A stretch of 63,673 nt of DNA, the filler included, from Rhabdomonas costata (lineage: Eukaryota), in assembly GCA_019059605.1 (NCBI GenBank). It is 37 parts of 37 records of this genome, joined end to end, with 100 filler letters (N's around TTAATTAATTAA, not from the genome) between each part and the next. Parts side by side here need not be neighbours in the genome. Positions count along the whole stretch, not along the records: positions 22,414 to 24,032 come from JAHMHO010011791.1; positions 24,133 to 25,756 come from JAHMHO010011792.1; positions 25,857 to 27,480 come from JAHMHO010011793.1; positions 27,581 to 29,202 come from JAHMHO010011794.1; positions 29,303 to 30,925 come from JAHMHO010011795.1; positions 31,026 to 32,654 come from JAHMHO010011796.1; positions 32,755 to 34,377 come from JAHMHO010011797.1; positions 34,478 to 36,100 come from JAHMHO010011798.1; 29 more parts are not named here. The stretch is one strand, 5' to 3'. The notes beneath the pieces were generated by a model, which was not told where the DNA came from, made no database searches, and saw only the letters and a list, made by a program, of their open reading frames with translations. Positions 23,344 through 35,704 of this stretch are shown one piece after another (within the stretch, counting starts at the first letter, position 1; each line of letters begins with the position of its first letter). The translations under genes were made by a program, and so were the position numbers.

Positions 23344-24496
23344 CTGAGAGAGAGATAGAGAGCACAGGAAGAAGGCCCGCGCTGCCACAAAACTGCACAC
23401 CCCGTCCTTAGCACAGAAAACAAAGACTGTGGGCTCCTTCCACTTCGACGCGTTGTTTACTGTATGCATGACTATTTCCATGGGAACACTGAGGATGCGT
23501 GGGATAATCATTCTTTTCAACTCCTCAGTTCTGCGGTTTATTTGTTGCTTCACATTTCATCGTTCATCTCTGCTGCCCAATAGCATATGTTCATGGCAAG
23601 AACAAAAAACACTGGCAGAGTCAGAAGGTATGCGTATTTTTCGCATGAAGAGCACGGTGGGGGGGGGGGGTACAATTTTTTTTTGCATTTTTTTTTGAAA
23701 ATGTAAAAAATAGGCCGACCCTGCGTGGACTGACATTATTAAATTTAAGGTGAGATTAGTAAGCTGATGACTGTTTGGCAGGGCTGAAAGTTTAACGACC
23801 CCACTAAAGAACCATCGTTTTCAACCCATTCGAAGAGCAGGGAGCCACATGGGGTTGTGGAAGGAGGGGTCACACTCCTCCACTCCTCCTTTCCTCACTA
23901 CACGTGAGAAGTCTTCCAATATAGGAACATTTCATCAAGCAGGTTTCCTTCCCTAACGCAAAAATGTGGAAAAACCCAACGATTCAAAACGCAAGCTGAG
24001 ATTCCCAACCTGAGTTTCAGACCCCCCCACACNNNNNNNNNNNNNNNNNNNNNNNNNNNNNNNNNNNNNNNNNNNNTTAATTAATTAANNNNNNNNNNNN
24101 NNNNNNNNNNNNNNNNNNNNNNNNNNNNNNNNGGTGGTTTGCATGTGTTTATGAACATTCACCTGCATTCACGGATCTGCAATGATACGCGGTTGATGCA
24201 AGCTCAGGCGCCTCAGGGCCTCTCTTCTGCAGAGAAATCGTACTGCTCTCTTGCTGAAGAACCAAGAACCCAAAATTAGTCTGAGAGCCAAAAAATATGT
24301 CCGACCCCAACCCTGATTTTGAACGCTTGGGATTTCGACGCTTTTTGTGGGAAGTTATGACGCACATTCGAAGTTCCCCTTTGTTTTCTTGTCTTCGCGC
24401 GCTTGCGTATGTGGAAACTCGAAAGCAATCAGACACGTCAGAAAGAATGTCATTGCACTTTCTATGCTGCAACGAATGGTTGCCCTTTGCTCGAAG

Positions 24497-25554
24497 GCCC
24501 GCGAGGTGACCAGCTACAACACGGAGGGGTACAACTATGACTACGGTAACTACCTGTATCTGGACACGAAGCGGGGCGAAATGGTGGTGATGGAGGACCT
24601 GGGCTGTGGCTGCATGCTTCGGATGTTCCTGATATTCAACCACCAGATCCAGAACTATCACCACTTCCGGTGGATCGCAAGGTGGGTGGCAAAATCCCTC
24701 GATGTTTTGAAGTCTCTTGAGCGTGGACAAGATAGGATGCTCCACCCACCGCTTTTCGGGGACAACATAGGGTGGACGGCGAAGTGGTGGTGGACATCAC
24801 TCTCAAAGCCCTGCTGGAGGGCCGAACCTTTCCGTTTGTGCCCCCGCTAAGCGGGGTTCGGTCCCTGGGCAACCAGGGCTTGTACACGGCGGTTCCCGTG
24901 TGTTACCGCCGCAGCCTTCAGCTCAGCTTTGCTCACTCGTCGATGTACAACGGCAGGTGTGCTTTGCACGCTCTTCCCTCTCTGGGTGCATCCGTTACTG
25001 GCAGTCGTCGTGCGCGTTTTCTTTTTTCTTTGCCATTTTCAGATGCTTATGCTTGCATTATTTTTTCTTCATATTTTTCCGCATACATACAGAAACAGCC
25101 TACTGTTAGTTCCTACTGTTCCTACTGTTAGTGGTGTTGTTGGTCCCTCCTTGCATGTTTTTGGCGTGCGAATGACTGGAGTTCTGCGCTTCATCTTGCG
25201 ATGCCCGTGGGCCTGGGTTCAACCTGGACCAGCGTGGGATCAGTTCAAAGCTCCACGTTTTCGTATTTTCGTGAATTTCACTCTTTCACCCACTCACAAC
25301 CTGAAGGTCACCTTGGTTCTCCTCCCACTCCCACCCTTCCTCACTTGAAAAATCAATAACAGGAACTTTCAGACCTCCACGATGTACGACTGCGTCAAGA
25401 CTGCGACGTATTGCCACCACATGCCGATGTGGAACATCAACTGGCAGCGGTACCCCGCATGCCCTTCTACACTGCGGACCTTTGCAGAGGAGTTCCTCTC
25501 CGGCTCGGGGCTGGTCGCGGGGCGGGCCACACTGTCCCCTTCGGATGGGAGCTT
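24497..25554 (+). CDS. DUF2961 / GH172-like protein, partial (exons about 24497-24681, 24771-24956, 25363-25554)
   Basis: TSYNTEGYNYD...MEDLGCGCMLRMF...VDGE...EGRTFPFVPPL...GLYTAVPVCYRRSL...NINWQRYP....LRTF follows the DUF2961 N-terminal pattern; both phase-2 introns are compatible. Confidence 0.65.
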
Positions 25555-28500
25555 GTATGCGTTTTCTGAACCTTTGCGTCCCGCTCTTCCTTGAGCCCTC
25601 ATCACAGCTGAATCAGGTGCAGGGGCGCAGGACATTATGTCAAAGGATCTGAATCTGTTCCTGAACTTCGGGTGCTAATGCGCTGACGTCGCTGCACCTG
25701 ATTCAGCTGTGATGAGGGCTCAAGGAAGAGCGGGACGCAAAGGTTCACAACACCCCNNNNNNNNNNNNNNNNNNNNNNNNNNNNNNNNNNNNNNNNNNNN
25801 TTAATTAATTAANNNNNNNNNNNNNNNNNNNNNNNNNNNNNNNNNNNNNNNNNNNNGGAGGGAAGCTTGGTCCGGGAATCAACACTTTCCCCCTTTGGCA
25901 ACCTGCGCGCCACCACGACCACCCAAACCTAACCCTATACTTGCCGCGTCGGTAGACCCGCAGAACCCACCACGGTGGGTTCCCAACGCGCTCGTTTCCA
26001 CCGGGGAACAAGCGCCGGACAAGTTTTGAGTAGTAGCTTGGCCGCTCGGAGGGGGTCGCTTTAAAGAGGAGCGGTTATTTGAGGCTCCGCCGGAGAAAAA
26101 CAGGCCGTTCGCAAGGACAGCCTTTGGGAGAAGGCATTTGTGGTGAGCAAGGGCCGGCAAGTTTGGAAAGCAGGTTTCTCAGAGGAAGGGTTCATAAAGA
26201 GAGTTTTAGAAGCAGAGGCGGCCAAGCTAAAGCTTTGAGTGGGGCGAAGGCGGCGGAAAACAAGAAGTGGAAGGCGCAGGAGGACGGTGATGAGGAAAAT
26301 GTCAGAAGGCACGGCTCCGATGATACTCTACCTCCAGATTGTCCCCTGACCTCCTTCCTCTTTGGCTTCCGCCGGGAGGGGCGGCACAACCACAATCCCA
26401 ACCCCACACGTCCACACAGATTGTCCCAAAAACCCCGCAGAAACACACCACACCACCTGCACTTCTGTGATATAAGAAAAAGGGGCAACCTCTTGCATTC
26501 CTGGCGCTCGCTTTTTTCTGGTCGGTCGGGTTTTCCTTCCTCACTACCTCTCTTTGCTTGCTTCTTGATATTCTTGCTTGTTCTGGAACTCCAGCGGGTT
26601 GGTGGTCTTGTTCTTGATGGGCTTCTTCGTCTCTGCCGTCGCGTCTCCGGGATCCTTCTGAAAACAAACTGGGAGAAAACGCTCCTCTCGAACCTCGCTC
26701 GATGGAATGCCCGGCTGCTCCCCCACACCTCTTGATCTCATCCGCTGTCTTCTCTTGGTCTCATCCCATCTTGAATCACTTCCCTCGCTGCACTCTTCCT
26801 TGCATCCGTTCTCTCATTACATTGCCTCTCTTTTCTCTTCTGGACATCATTCTCTTTCATCATTCTCTAGCCACGCCTACATGACTTCTCTCTCTTGGCA
26901 CACCTGCCTCATTTGGGTGGCAGAGAATAGTTCCGAAGGACGCCGTTCAGGTGGACAAGGCCGCACAGCTGAACAAACGACGAGTTGACCACGCAAGTTT
27001 GAAGAAGTTGAGCCAGAAGGTTGTAGAAAGCAGCCCCGAGAGGACAGGAAAGTGGCGGCAAAGTGCAACTGGAGGCGGGTTGAGGCAGCAAGGCCCCTGC
27101 CAGAAGCGCCAGTTGAGGAGAAGAGTTGAGGAGAAGGCGCCCTGGGACCCCGGTGCGGGATGGCAATCCGACGAGAAAAAGCAGAGCGGGACTAGAAGCT
27201 GAAGAAGAACAACCCCGCGAGAGGAGAGGCATCCCGAAGCCGAGGTCAGCGCTGAGGAATGCAGGGCGGGGCAAAGAGAAACGAGAAGAGCGGCCCGAGC
27301 CAAAAAGGACACAAGAAAAGCCAGAAGCAGAGAGCGAGAGCATATATCAAAAGAGAGAAGTGGGAAAAAGGAGGCCGAAGCAGAGAGAAAGAGATACAGC
27401 GAGAAGCAGAGGAATCTGCACTCGTACAAGAACTATCTTGAAAGAGTTTGAAGATGAGAACACGGTGGAGCAAAGAATTTNNNNNNNNNNNNNNNNNNNN
27501 NNNNNNNNNNNNNNNNNNNNNNNNTTAATTAATTAANNNNNNNNNNNNNNNNNNNNNNNNNNNNNNNNNNNNNNNNNNNNGTGTTGGATGTGTTTGGGTT
27601 TGGTGTGGAGGAGGAAGCCGCTGCGGACCCCGAGGGCTCTCCAACCCCTCGTCCTCCGCTGAGTCCTGCCCCCGCAGAGGCCGCAGTGCCCGCCTGCCCG
27701 CGCGCCGTATCCTGCTCTCCGCCATCCACGGCCCCAACCGCGGAGCGGGAGAAGTACTCGGACTGGCTGGGAAGCATTTCCCCGAGTGCGGCGGGGGATG
27801 CGACGGTGGCTGAGTGTGTCTGTGGTCAGCCGGAGTTTGGTTAAAGTTGGACTGAACGGCTCGAAGACCGAGAAACGGGGGGAAATGGATCTGTATGGAT
27901 CCCAATCCCACAAAAGCTCAGAAAACAAAAGCGAGAGTGAGATGGGGCTGAATAAGTGGCGGACAGCACGGGCCAAACTCCACAGAGCTTATACACATGT
28001 TAAGGTGCCCAATGTCTTTTCGTGGAAAAGAGAGAGAGAGAGCTGTGGCGGCTTTCGAGAATGTCGCCCATGTTTTTTCACAAGCACGTCCACCTTGCTT
28101 CATTGTGCCCACCCAATATTGTCGCTTCCTCCTGAGGTGACTGAGGTGACAAATTGAAACACCATACCATGCTATAAAAAAGCGCCTTGCCGAAGGCCCT
28201 GTATTGCAGACAAAAAGGAAGCAAGCACCTGTGCAAGTTTTCATGGTATTGTTTTGCGGAGGGGTAGGGGGGGGGGAGCAGATAGAGAGATGCAAGCTCC
28301 AAATTATCCTGTTGGGGAGGTATCACCCACCACACCCACCCACCTTCACATAAAAAGTTCCAAATTGTAGCTAACTGCGCATTCGCCAATCCTCTACACT
28401 GTAAAACAACCGCAAACTTCAGTCCGTTAGCCCACCAAGAACCTGAGAGGATTCTTCATCTCAGCTTACCGTCTGCTTTGTGAGCAGGTTTGAACCAACC

Positions 28501-30199
28501 AAATGCTGAATGCCACGCTCAGAAAATCTTAATGTCCACAGAAGGATTCAGTGAGTTTTTTGGGATCGCTGACCTCCAGGTGTGCGCACCGCATCCTAGG
28601 CAGCACTCAAGGCAACATGCGATGACCAAGAACTTGAAAAGGCAGTGCACCTTTCTTTTTGCAAGCGCAGAGTCACCTAAAAATTAAGACCACACTGCAC
28701 ACCCCGAGTTCCAGAGTAGACAAGAGAACCACAAAACCCACTCCGCTCAACTGGCACACTTGAAACCTGGATCAAAGCCAGACTGAATCAAGCGCTAACC
28801 GGCAAGCATCATTTCGATGACCAGGACCGCCTCTCAGCTGCATCGTCGTGTGATTGCTGCATGCCTGGAATGGGCCGAAGGCTCCTTCGCAACGCAGGCC
28901 AGAAAAATCTAGTCATTACCACTCACTGTCTCAGAATCCCCCCACCACCACCAGCCACGGATAGTAGAAGGGCGATTGCACGTCGACAAACCTGCAAGTA
29001 GCCTTGGCACGTCAGGTGTTAATAGAGCAGAGGTGACCTTCAACGCATATGCAACATCGAAACATAGCAAAATGAAATGGATGAATGACCCCGGTCCTAG
29101 AGTCGTTGATGGAACACCCCACGACGTCACTATCAGTCACCAGAAAAGAAAACACATACACCTAGGTAGTAAGCAGAGCTACTCTCAGCAGACCACACAA
29201 ACNNNNNNNNNNNNNNNNNNNNNNNNNNNNNNNNNNNNNNNNNNNNTTAATTAATTAANNNNNNNNNNNNNNNNNNNNNNNNNNNNNNNNNNNNNNNNNN
29301 NNGGTGGGGGGGAGTGATCTTAGTGGTGTGCCGCAGTATGGGGCTGTACAACCTTAGGTATGTATGTGTGTGGTCGGCGGGAACCCCACGACCACACACA
29401 TACATACCTAAGGTTGTACAGCCCCATACTGCGGCACACCACTAAGATCACTCCTCTCCACCCCTGTCCGCCCTAAAAAGAACCGATTGAGCACCCCAAG
29501 ACTTGGTAGCTTACCAAAAGATGAAGGAAGCTTTAGTTTGTGGAGAAGCGCCGGATTACTTTGGCATCGAGCGTTTTTCTGGTTTCGTGAGACAAACTGA
29601 CGCGTCATCACGCATCCTTCCGGTTGGGTTCGCGAGTGTCTCCTTTGCAGTGCCGTTCTGCACTTAAAAGGTATTGCCTGGTCAAATCCCTGATTCTCCG
29701 CGGCCGCCATCACCTCGTCCTGTTCCCGCTGTCGTTACTGGTCCGGAGCTCCCAAAGGTGTCAGGACTTTTTTCTCTTAGTTCATCCTCCATCGTTCGTC
29801 CACCGTACGCGGTTCCAACACCTCAGACCTCTCCATGGACCCACTGAAGTCTCGCACCACCTGCTTAACTGGGCCATCTGAACAATCACACTTTACCCGC
29901 ACCCTTAAGTAGCTACAATGTCGCAATATTTATCTTTCATGCGGTAATCCCGGTGTTTTTAAGGTTCCTAGCGACCCCGTTGGGCCGCTTTGAAAAATAT
30001 GTGGATTGCTGTTATGAGGCCGTGGCAATGATGACGAAACTGTAAGCTGTGTTTCGTCGTGTGTAAACTGGAAGCTGTGTTTCGCCCGTCCCATCGCTCT
30101 TGGTAGACCTTATTTGTAGTACATCATAACTTATTCTCTTGATGGTCTTCTTTATCCTCTTTTTAGAATAAGGCAGCAGCCCCGAAGAAGTCCACGCTG

Positions 30200-30925
30200 A
30201 TGTTCACCGCGCTTCCCGAGGACACCTTGGTGTGCAGCTTTCGGTTCCTGGAGCAGAAGCTGCAGCTTGGCCTGCGGCTAGTGTGCCATCAGTTTCGTGC
30301 GCTGGTGGATGACGCACTTGCTTCGAAGTGGAGGGTTGTATTGCGCCCCCCTGCACCCCTAGGGGACCCCGCAACTGCGAAAATCCTGCCCGGGAGCATA
30401 TGGCTGGGGTGCTTCGCTGCAGTGCTTTCGGTGAGAAGCAGGAACCTGCTGAATTATTTGCTAAAGGTTGGGGCTGAGCTGGAAGCACGGTACTCACCAA
30501 CCCTCTTCCCCAACCTGACCTCCCTGGATTTGAGTGGAGTTCGGATCTGGGATTCGGGAATGGCAGCGCTTGCATCATCTTCTTTCTTTCCAGGATTGAG
30601 GTGCCTGGATGCTTGTGAAAGCGGCATTGGGGTTGCAGGAATGGAAGCGTTTGCGGCATCCTCATACTTCTCCGGGCTTGTCTCTTTGGATATTAGCCAT
30701 AACAAGATCAGTGATGCTGGAATGTGCGCCCTAGCCACGTCCTCTTCTTTTCCTTGCATTTCCTCCTTGAATGTCAGCGGCAACCTAATCGAGGCGGAAG
30801 GATTGGATGCTTTTGCGGCATCATCCTTCTTCCCCAACCTGACCTCCTTGGATATCGGCCAAAACAAGATCCGGGATGAAGGGATGCACGTCCTCGCCAA
30901 ATCCCCTTCCTTGTCTAACCTCGCC
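30200..30925 (+). CDS. F-box plus 27-aa LRR protein, intronless over this stretch, 3'-truncated
   Basis: F-box FTALPEDTLVCSFRFL...LRLVCHQFRAL; repeats of the type FPNLTSLDLSGxxIxDxGMxALASSSF. Confidence 0.88.
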
Positions 30926-31100
30926 NNNNNNNNNNNNNNNNNNNNNNNNNNNNNNNNNNNNNNNNNNNNTTAATTAATTAANNNNNNNNNNNNNNNNNNN
31001 NNNNNNNNNNNNNNNNNNNNNNNNNGGGTTTTTGTGTAAGATCTGCTGCGCGTCTGAAAGCGCTGTTATCTACGTTTTTGTTATTATGGATCTGTTACAG

Positions 31101-31946
31101 GAGTATTTGGCGCAGAGCATTGGCAGAATGATTAAGTTGGAAGTGTTCAACTCGAAAACCGGAACTATCAGGGATGTGTACCTCACTCCTAGCAACGTCT
31201 GGTGTGCATCTCGCTCTCTCTCTCTCTCTCTCTCTGTGTATACTACTGCCGCCAAGTTCACGGGAACAAGCAGTTTTCTTGCCTCGCCATCATCAGACCC
31301 GGGAGCAAAAAGAAGAAGCCCAACCCTGATCGACGGCCTAAACGCGAAGGCAAAGCGGAAAAAGCCCCCTCACCAGCACGAGCGGCCCAACTGATGCGGT
31401 TACGTCGCAGAATCCCCCGGTTGCTGTGGGCAAGTTTTCCGCAGCGCAGCCGCTTAGCGTTTGTCTGGCTCTCCCAACAGTCGCGTGCACGAATCCTCCT
31501 GCTGTCCCGACTCACAGAAGGAGTGTCCCTGTAGTTAGCGGCAGATGCACGTGCTGTACATTCCTGGCATCGTCTCCACGGGCATCCGCCTGTCGTTTGA
31601 TGCAATTCTCAGACAGGGAGCAATACTCAATGTTTGTGCACGCTCACCACATCGACGACGACGATGACGACCAGGTTCTTTGAGTAACGCCTGCTCGACG
31701 TCTCCATGCCAGAGAGCACCTAGACGGTAGCGAGGGGTCCTGGGGGGAATACCCTACAGCAGCCCAAGTGCGGGCTCCGCTGGTAGCTAAGGAAACAACT
31801 TCCGAACGAGGGGTGTTCAAAGGCAAAAGCAGTGCATTACCATGAACCGTGGAAAGGGGCGAAAAAAAAAGGTGTTAGATCGAGATATGGATTCGAGCCA
31901 ACTGCCTGACAGTATCCGTACAAGTTTTTCCTTTATACCCAACTCA

Positions 31947-31984
<38 letters not shown>

Positions 31985-32169
31985 GCGTTCTTTTTGTTTC
32001 ATTCCTGTTTTTGTCCTTTATCGAGCATAACGTGCCCTTTCTTGGTTTCTGTCTTTTCAGGGGTGGTCAAGGATTGCTGGGATGTTCAATAAACTGGGAG
32101 AACATTGAGGCTTCCTCTTCAAATTGTTGGCACATCTTGGACGTTAACCCTGGTTCGAACGCGGCGAAG
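31101..32169 (+). CDS. GORASP: GRASP55/65 Golgi reassembly stacking protein, PDZ region (exons 31101-31201, 32061-32169)
   Basis: KLEVFNSKTGTIRDVYLTPSNVW|GGQGLLGCSINW...WHILDVNPGSNA; the split Trp codon is restored by splicing. Confidence 0.92.
31947..31973. repeat. (GT)n microsatellite in the GRASP intron
   Basis: Seen directly. Confidence 0.9.
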
Positions 32170-34619
32170 GTCTCCCCCCCCCCTGGACCTCTTGGTGGAG
32201 ATAACTGCTTGTGTCTCTCTTCCAGTTAGCCAATAGCCTTCTCCCTATTTCCTGTTGCACTCTGTTGGAACAACAATCTTCTGTTGCCCGGCCGGCCAAA
32301 ATGCCATCCTTCCCCATCCATTATGTAGGTAGGTGTATGTATGTAGAATGAACCACAGATATCCCTTGGGCATAAGCCAAAGTAGAGTCCTTCGCAGCTG
32401 TTCACCTATTTAAATTGGCTTTCGGAAACTGGCGTTCCTATATATATCGTGGCTCAGTTGCAGAGGGACTGAAGGCGAGGTCGCCACTCTCAGTGGGTAT
32501 GGGTGTTCTCGAGGGACTGCCACAAAACCCTCCTGTGCTCCTGTGCAACAGACCCCTTATGGATTAAAGGCCGTTTGGCCCCTCCCCGAGCACTACAAGC
32601 TCACCCTTGGCTGCGACACTAAGGTGACCCACCACACCACCCACACCCACCACANNNNNNNNNNNNNNNNNNNNNNNNNNNNNNNNNNNNNNNNNNNNTT
32701 AATTAATTAANNNNNNNNNNNNNNNNNNNNNNNNNNNNNNNNNNNNNNNNNNNNGTGTGGTGGTTCGATACAAATCGATACAAATTCACTGCACTAGCGC
32801 CGCAACGACCTTTGCATTCAGCAGCTTAGTGGCCACGGCGGCCTAGTGCAGTGAATTTGTATCGATTTGTATCGAACCAATACATGAACATACTTCAGCG
32901 GTTGACTCACGCAGGGGGCGCTGCCGACGTACAAGTAACAAGTGACAAGTAACAACAAAACCGCGGGGCAGTGATGCGCAAAAAGACCAGACAAAAAACT
33001 CCAAACGCCCCAAACGGTAGCATTCCGTAGCCACTGGCATCTTCTGCTTGGCTCACACAAACACATAAATCCCTCCCATGAAAACGAGATCCCGGTGCCG
33101 ATTTTGCATGCCAGCATAAAGGACACCGTGAATTCAAATCATCTTCGGTCGGAAGGGGGTCATGCAACTTCTGTGTGCAGTTCGATTTCTTTTTGCGGAT
33201 GGACCAAGAAACAGTAACCGCCCGTGCATGCCGCGACTTTAATTCATTTGCAGTTGTTTGTTTAAATTTTGATGTTTTCTTTGCAGGCATCCCTTTCTTT
33301 TTGGCAGGGGGTTTGTATGTTGCAACCGTCGTGTTCCACTGTTCCTGGGATGTGCTGTCCTCAGGTCTGCTCTCCTGTGAAAGTTGTTATAGATATGCAT
33401 TTGACAAATTTGAAGTTCATGGCACTTTTTTATGCACACAGCAATCCAGAAACAAGATTTACTTAAAAAAAACACGAGCAATTGAGAAATTTTCAAAGCA
33501 CGAAGTATACACTAATGATATTACTTTTGAAAGACGATCGTGTTTTGTCTTTGCAAAGACGTGGTGCGGAAGCCGTCGGTCCCTTTGTGAAACCTTTGGT
33601 CCCATTGTGAAACCTCAAAAGGTCGCGGCTGTTCCAGCGAAACCGAACTCAGTCTTTGCCGCCAGAGAAAAAGGCTGCGGAGGGAACCGCAGCCACCGCA
33701 AAACAACGAGGGAGGGGCATGACTTCCACAACCAACCACCTCCATCCCCCCGTGTGCTGCCAGAGTGCAACTCACACAGGAACATGCGGTGTCCTCGAAC
33801 CCTCATTGGAATACGCTATTGAGGAAGCCTGCACTCGTCTTCTAACGCTCCCCCCCTCCCCCGTCCAGCGATCCCAGCTTGGCCGGGCATTACTGGTGAT
33901 ATGCTCATTCGAAGGGTTTGCACCACCCTCTAGCCCTAGACGTTCGGTCCAAAATCTCAGGGGACCGAACATCTTCCAACTTCCGGATCGTATCCCAAGG
34001 CGAGAATTCACCGCCATGTCACCTCCAAGTGTTCCCCACCCCGAGACAGCCAGACCGATGCGGGGCAGCCGCCCCATCAACACCTACACTGAACCACAAA
34101 CACATCCACAAGTACACTTGAAATTCTTCTCCAGGCGGGGGCTGATCGATTCTCCCGCCTCCGGGACCGCTGCTTTGGGGGAATGGCCACCCCTTCTCAC
34201 TGCATGGGAGCGGTCCTTAGAAAACCTCACTGGCGCATTAGAACCGCGGTCTGGGTGCCCAACACCCCACACCCACAGTCGCACACAACTGTTCAAATGT
34301 CAAATCACCAAAACCCACATAAACCGCTACTCATAAACCTACCTATCAAACCTCACCCATCTCGTGACCCACACCACNNNNNNNNNNNNNNNNNNNNNNN
34401 NNNNNNNNNNNNNNNNNNNNNTTAATTAATTAANNNNNNNNNNNNNNNNNNNNNNNNNNNNNNNNNNNNNNNNNNNNTGTTTGTGGTCGTTGGAAAGATG
34501 AAAAAGAGGAGTAAAAAGAAAAGGATCTTGCTGGGTTGTAACGTCGTCGCATTGATCTCCTGAAATGAAAGTCGACCCGAAAAGCTGTTTTCCCGCATTC
34601 TCCCAAATTGGTTCTTCAG

Positions 34620-35704
34620 AATCTCGGCACGGTGGTGCTGGTGTCGGGTACCACCAAGGAGGGGGCTCGCACGGCCTTCCGGTTCCGCCACGTCGCCACT
34701 ATCACGGTGCCAGGCAAGACCCAGGTGCTACCGGTGTTCGAGCCGCTGTATCGGACCTCGCCTTCTGCTGGCGAGACTTCCGTGGGAGAGGAGGGCGGGG
34801 ACTCTTGCAACACAGTTCTCAGCCATTCGAGTCCTCCGCAGCATCGCTCAGGTGGCTTTATCATCCTCGGCATTTGGCTGATATAGGGGTTGTTTTCTTG
34901 GGTAACTCCGTTTTTGATTCTGGGAGTTTGCGGGATCAACACTTCTGCCCGCAAAGGTTTTGACAGCGTTGAGGGTCTTTTCAGGCGCACAGCACCTCTA
35001 CTTGTACTGTATTTAATACCCTCCCATTTGGTGAAATTTTCCCCTTTTATTTTTCACGTTTTTGTTTGCTTTCCCCTGAGTTGTGGATGCCCCCGTTAAA
35101 CCCTCGGGCTGCTGCGGGCAAGAAGCTGCACAAGATGGTACTATATGCATGAGCCGCCAAAAATGGAACTGACTGGCCTGGGGTGCAAGGACCAAAGCGC
35201 AGCCGCGTCCTGTGTGTTTCCTGTGCTTCGGACTTAAGTCCCAGTGTTTGTGCATTAAGATTTGCTTGGGCGAAATCCCAGGAGTACGATGTATTTGGAA
35301 AGCCCAATGAATCGGATTAACCCTCGAATCGAAGCACTTCACTGAAATCCTTTGTGATGATCAAGGAACTCTTATCCAAAAGATTCAGGCGGAGTCGGCC
35401 TCTTTTGTGATTATGCAGACTTTGTTCGTTTGTGTCATTAACGAATCGTTTGAGGTTTTGTGGGTTGTTTGTTCTCAGGAAAGATGCGTGGTTGTGGTCG
35501 TGGTTGTGCATATGCACACACACAGTGGTGGTATTGGTGTTTGAACGCGGAACTGGAATGGGAAAAGAGGTTTCATATTCTCATTCAGAAGAATCCGTCT
35601 CGGTCTGCTCCCCACACGAGGCCAAGCCATGTTCCGAGGTCTTGCACTGCTGGAGGACGATGCCTGTATCCACCCTAGACAACCTCATCGACATCTACGA
35701 GCAG
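34620..35704 (+). CDS. Class III adenylate/guanylate cyclase, end of catalytic domain plus next exon (34620-34851, 35589-35704)
   Basis: LGTVVLVSGTT...FRFRHVATITVPGKTQVLPVFE matches the ILISE.T...V.VKGK...VYE motif; phase-1 intron is compatible. Confidence 0.75.

Noticed and set aside
23972..24000. Diplonemid spliced-leader-like CCAACGATTCAAAA
   Set aside because: Only a short partial match; the CAGTTTCTGTACTTTATTG part and a splice donor are missing.
25857..27480. Several long overlapping charged ORFs as genes
   Set aside because: They arise from purine/pyrimidine-skewed low-complexity sequence with no recognisable domain or consistent frame; a decayed gene cannot be excluded.
29311..29454. 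Long terminal hairpins as miRNA precursors, hairpin telomeres or TIR elements
   Set aside because: They occur only at contig ends, terminate in primer-like sequence, and in other contigs copy coding exons.
30005..30060. Hammerhead ribozyme-like ...ATGAGGCC...CGAAAC (also CTGATGA...GAAA at about 23764)
   Set aside because: The CUGANGA core is interrupted or stem II cannot form, and there is no compatible stem I/III.
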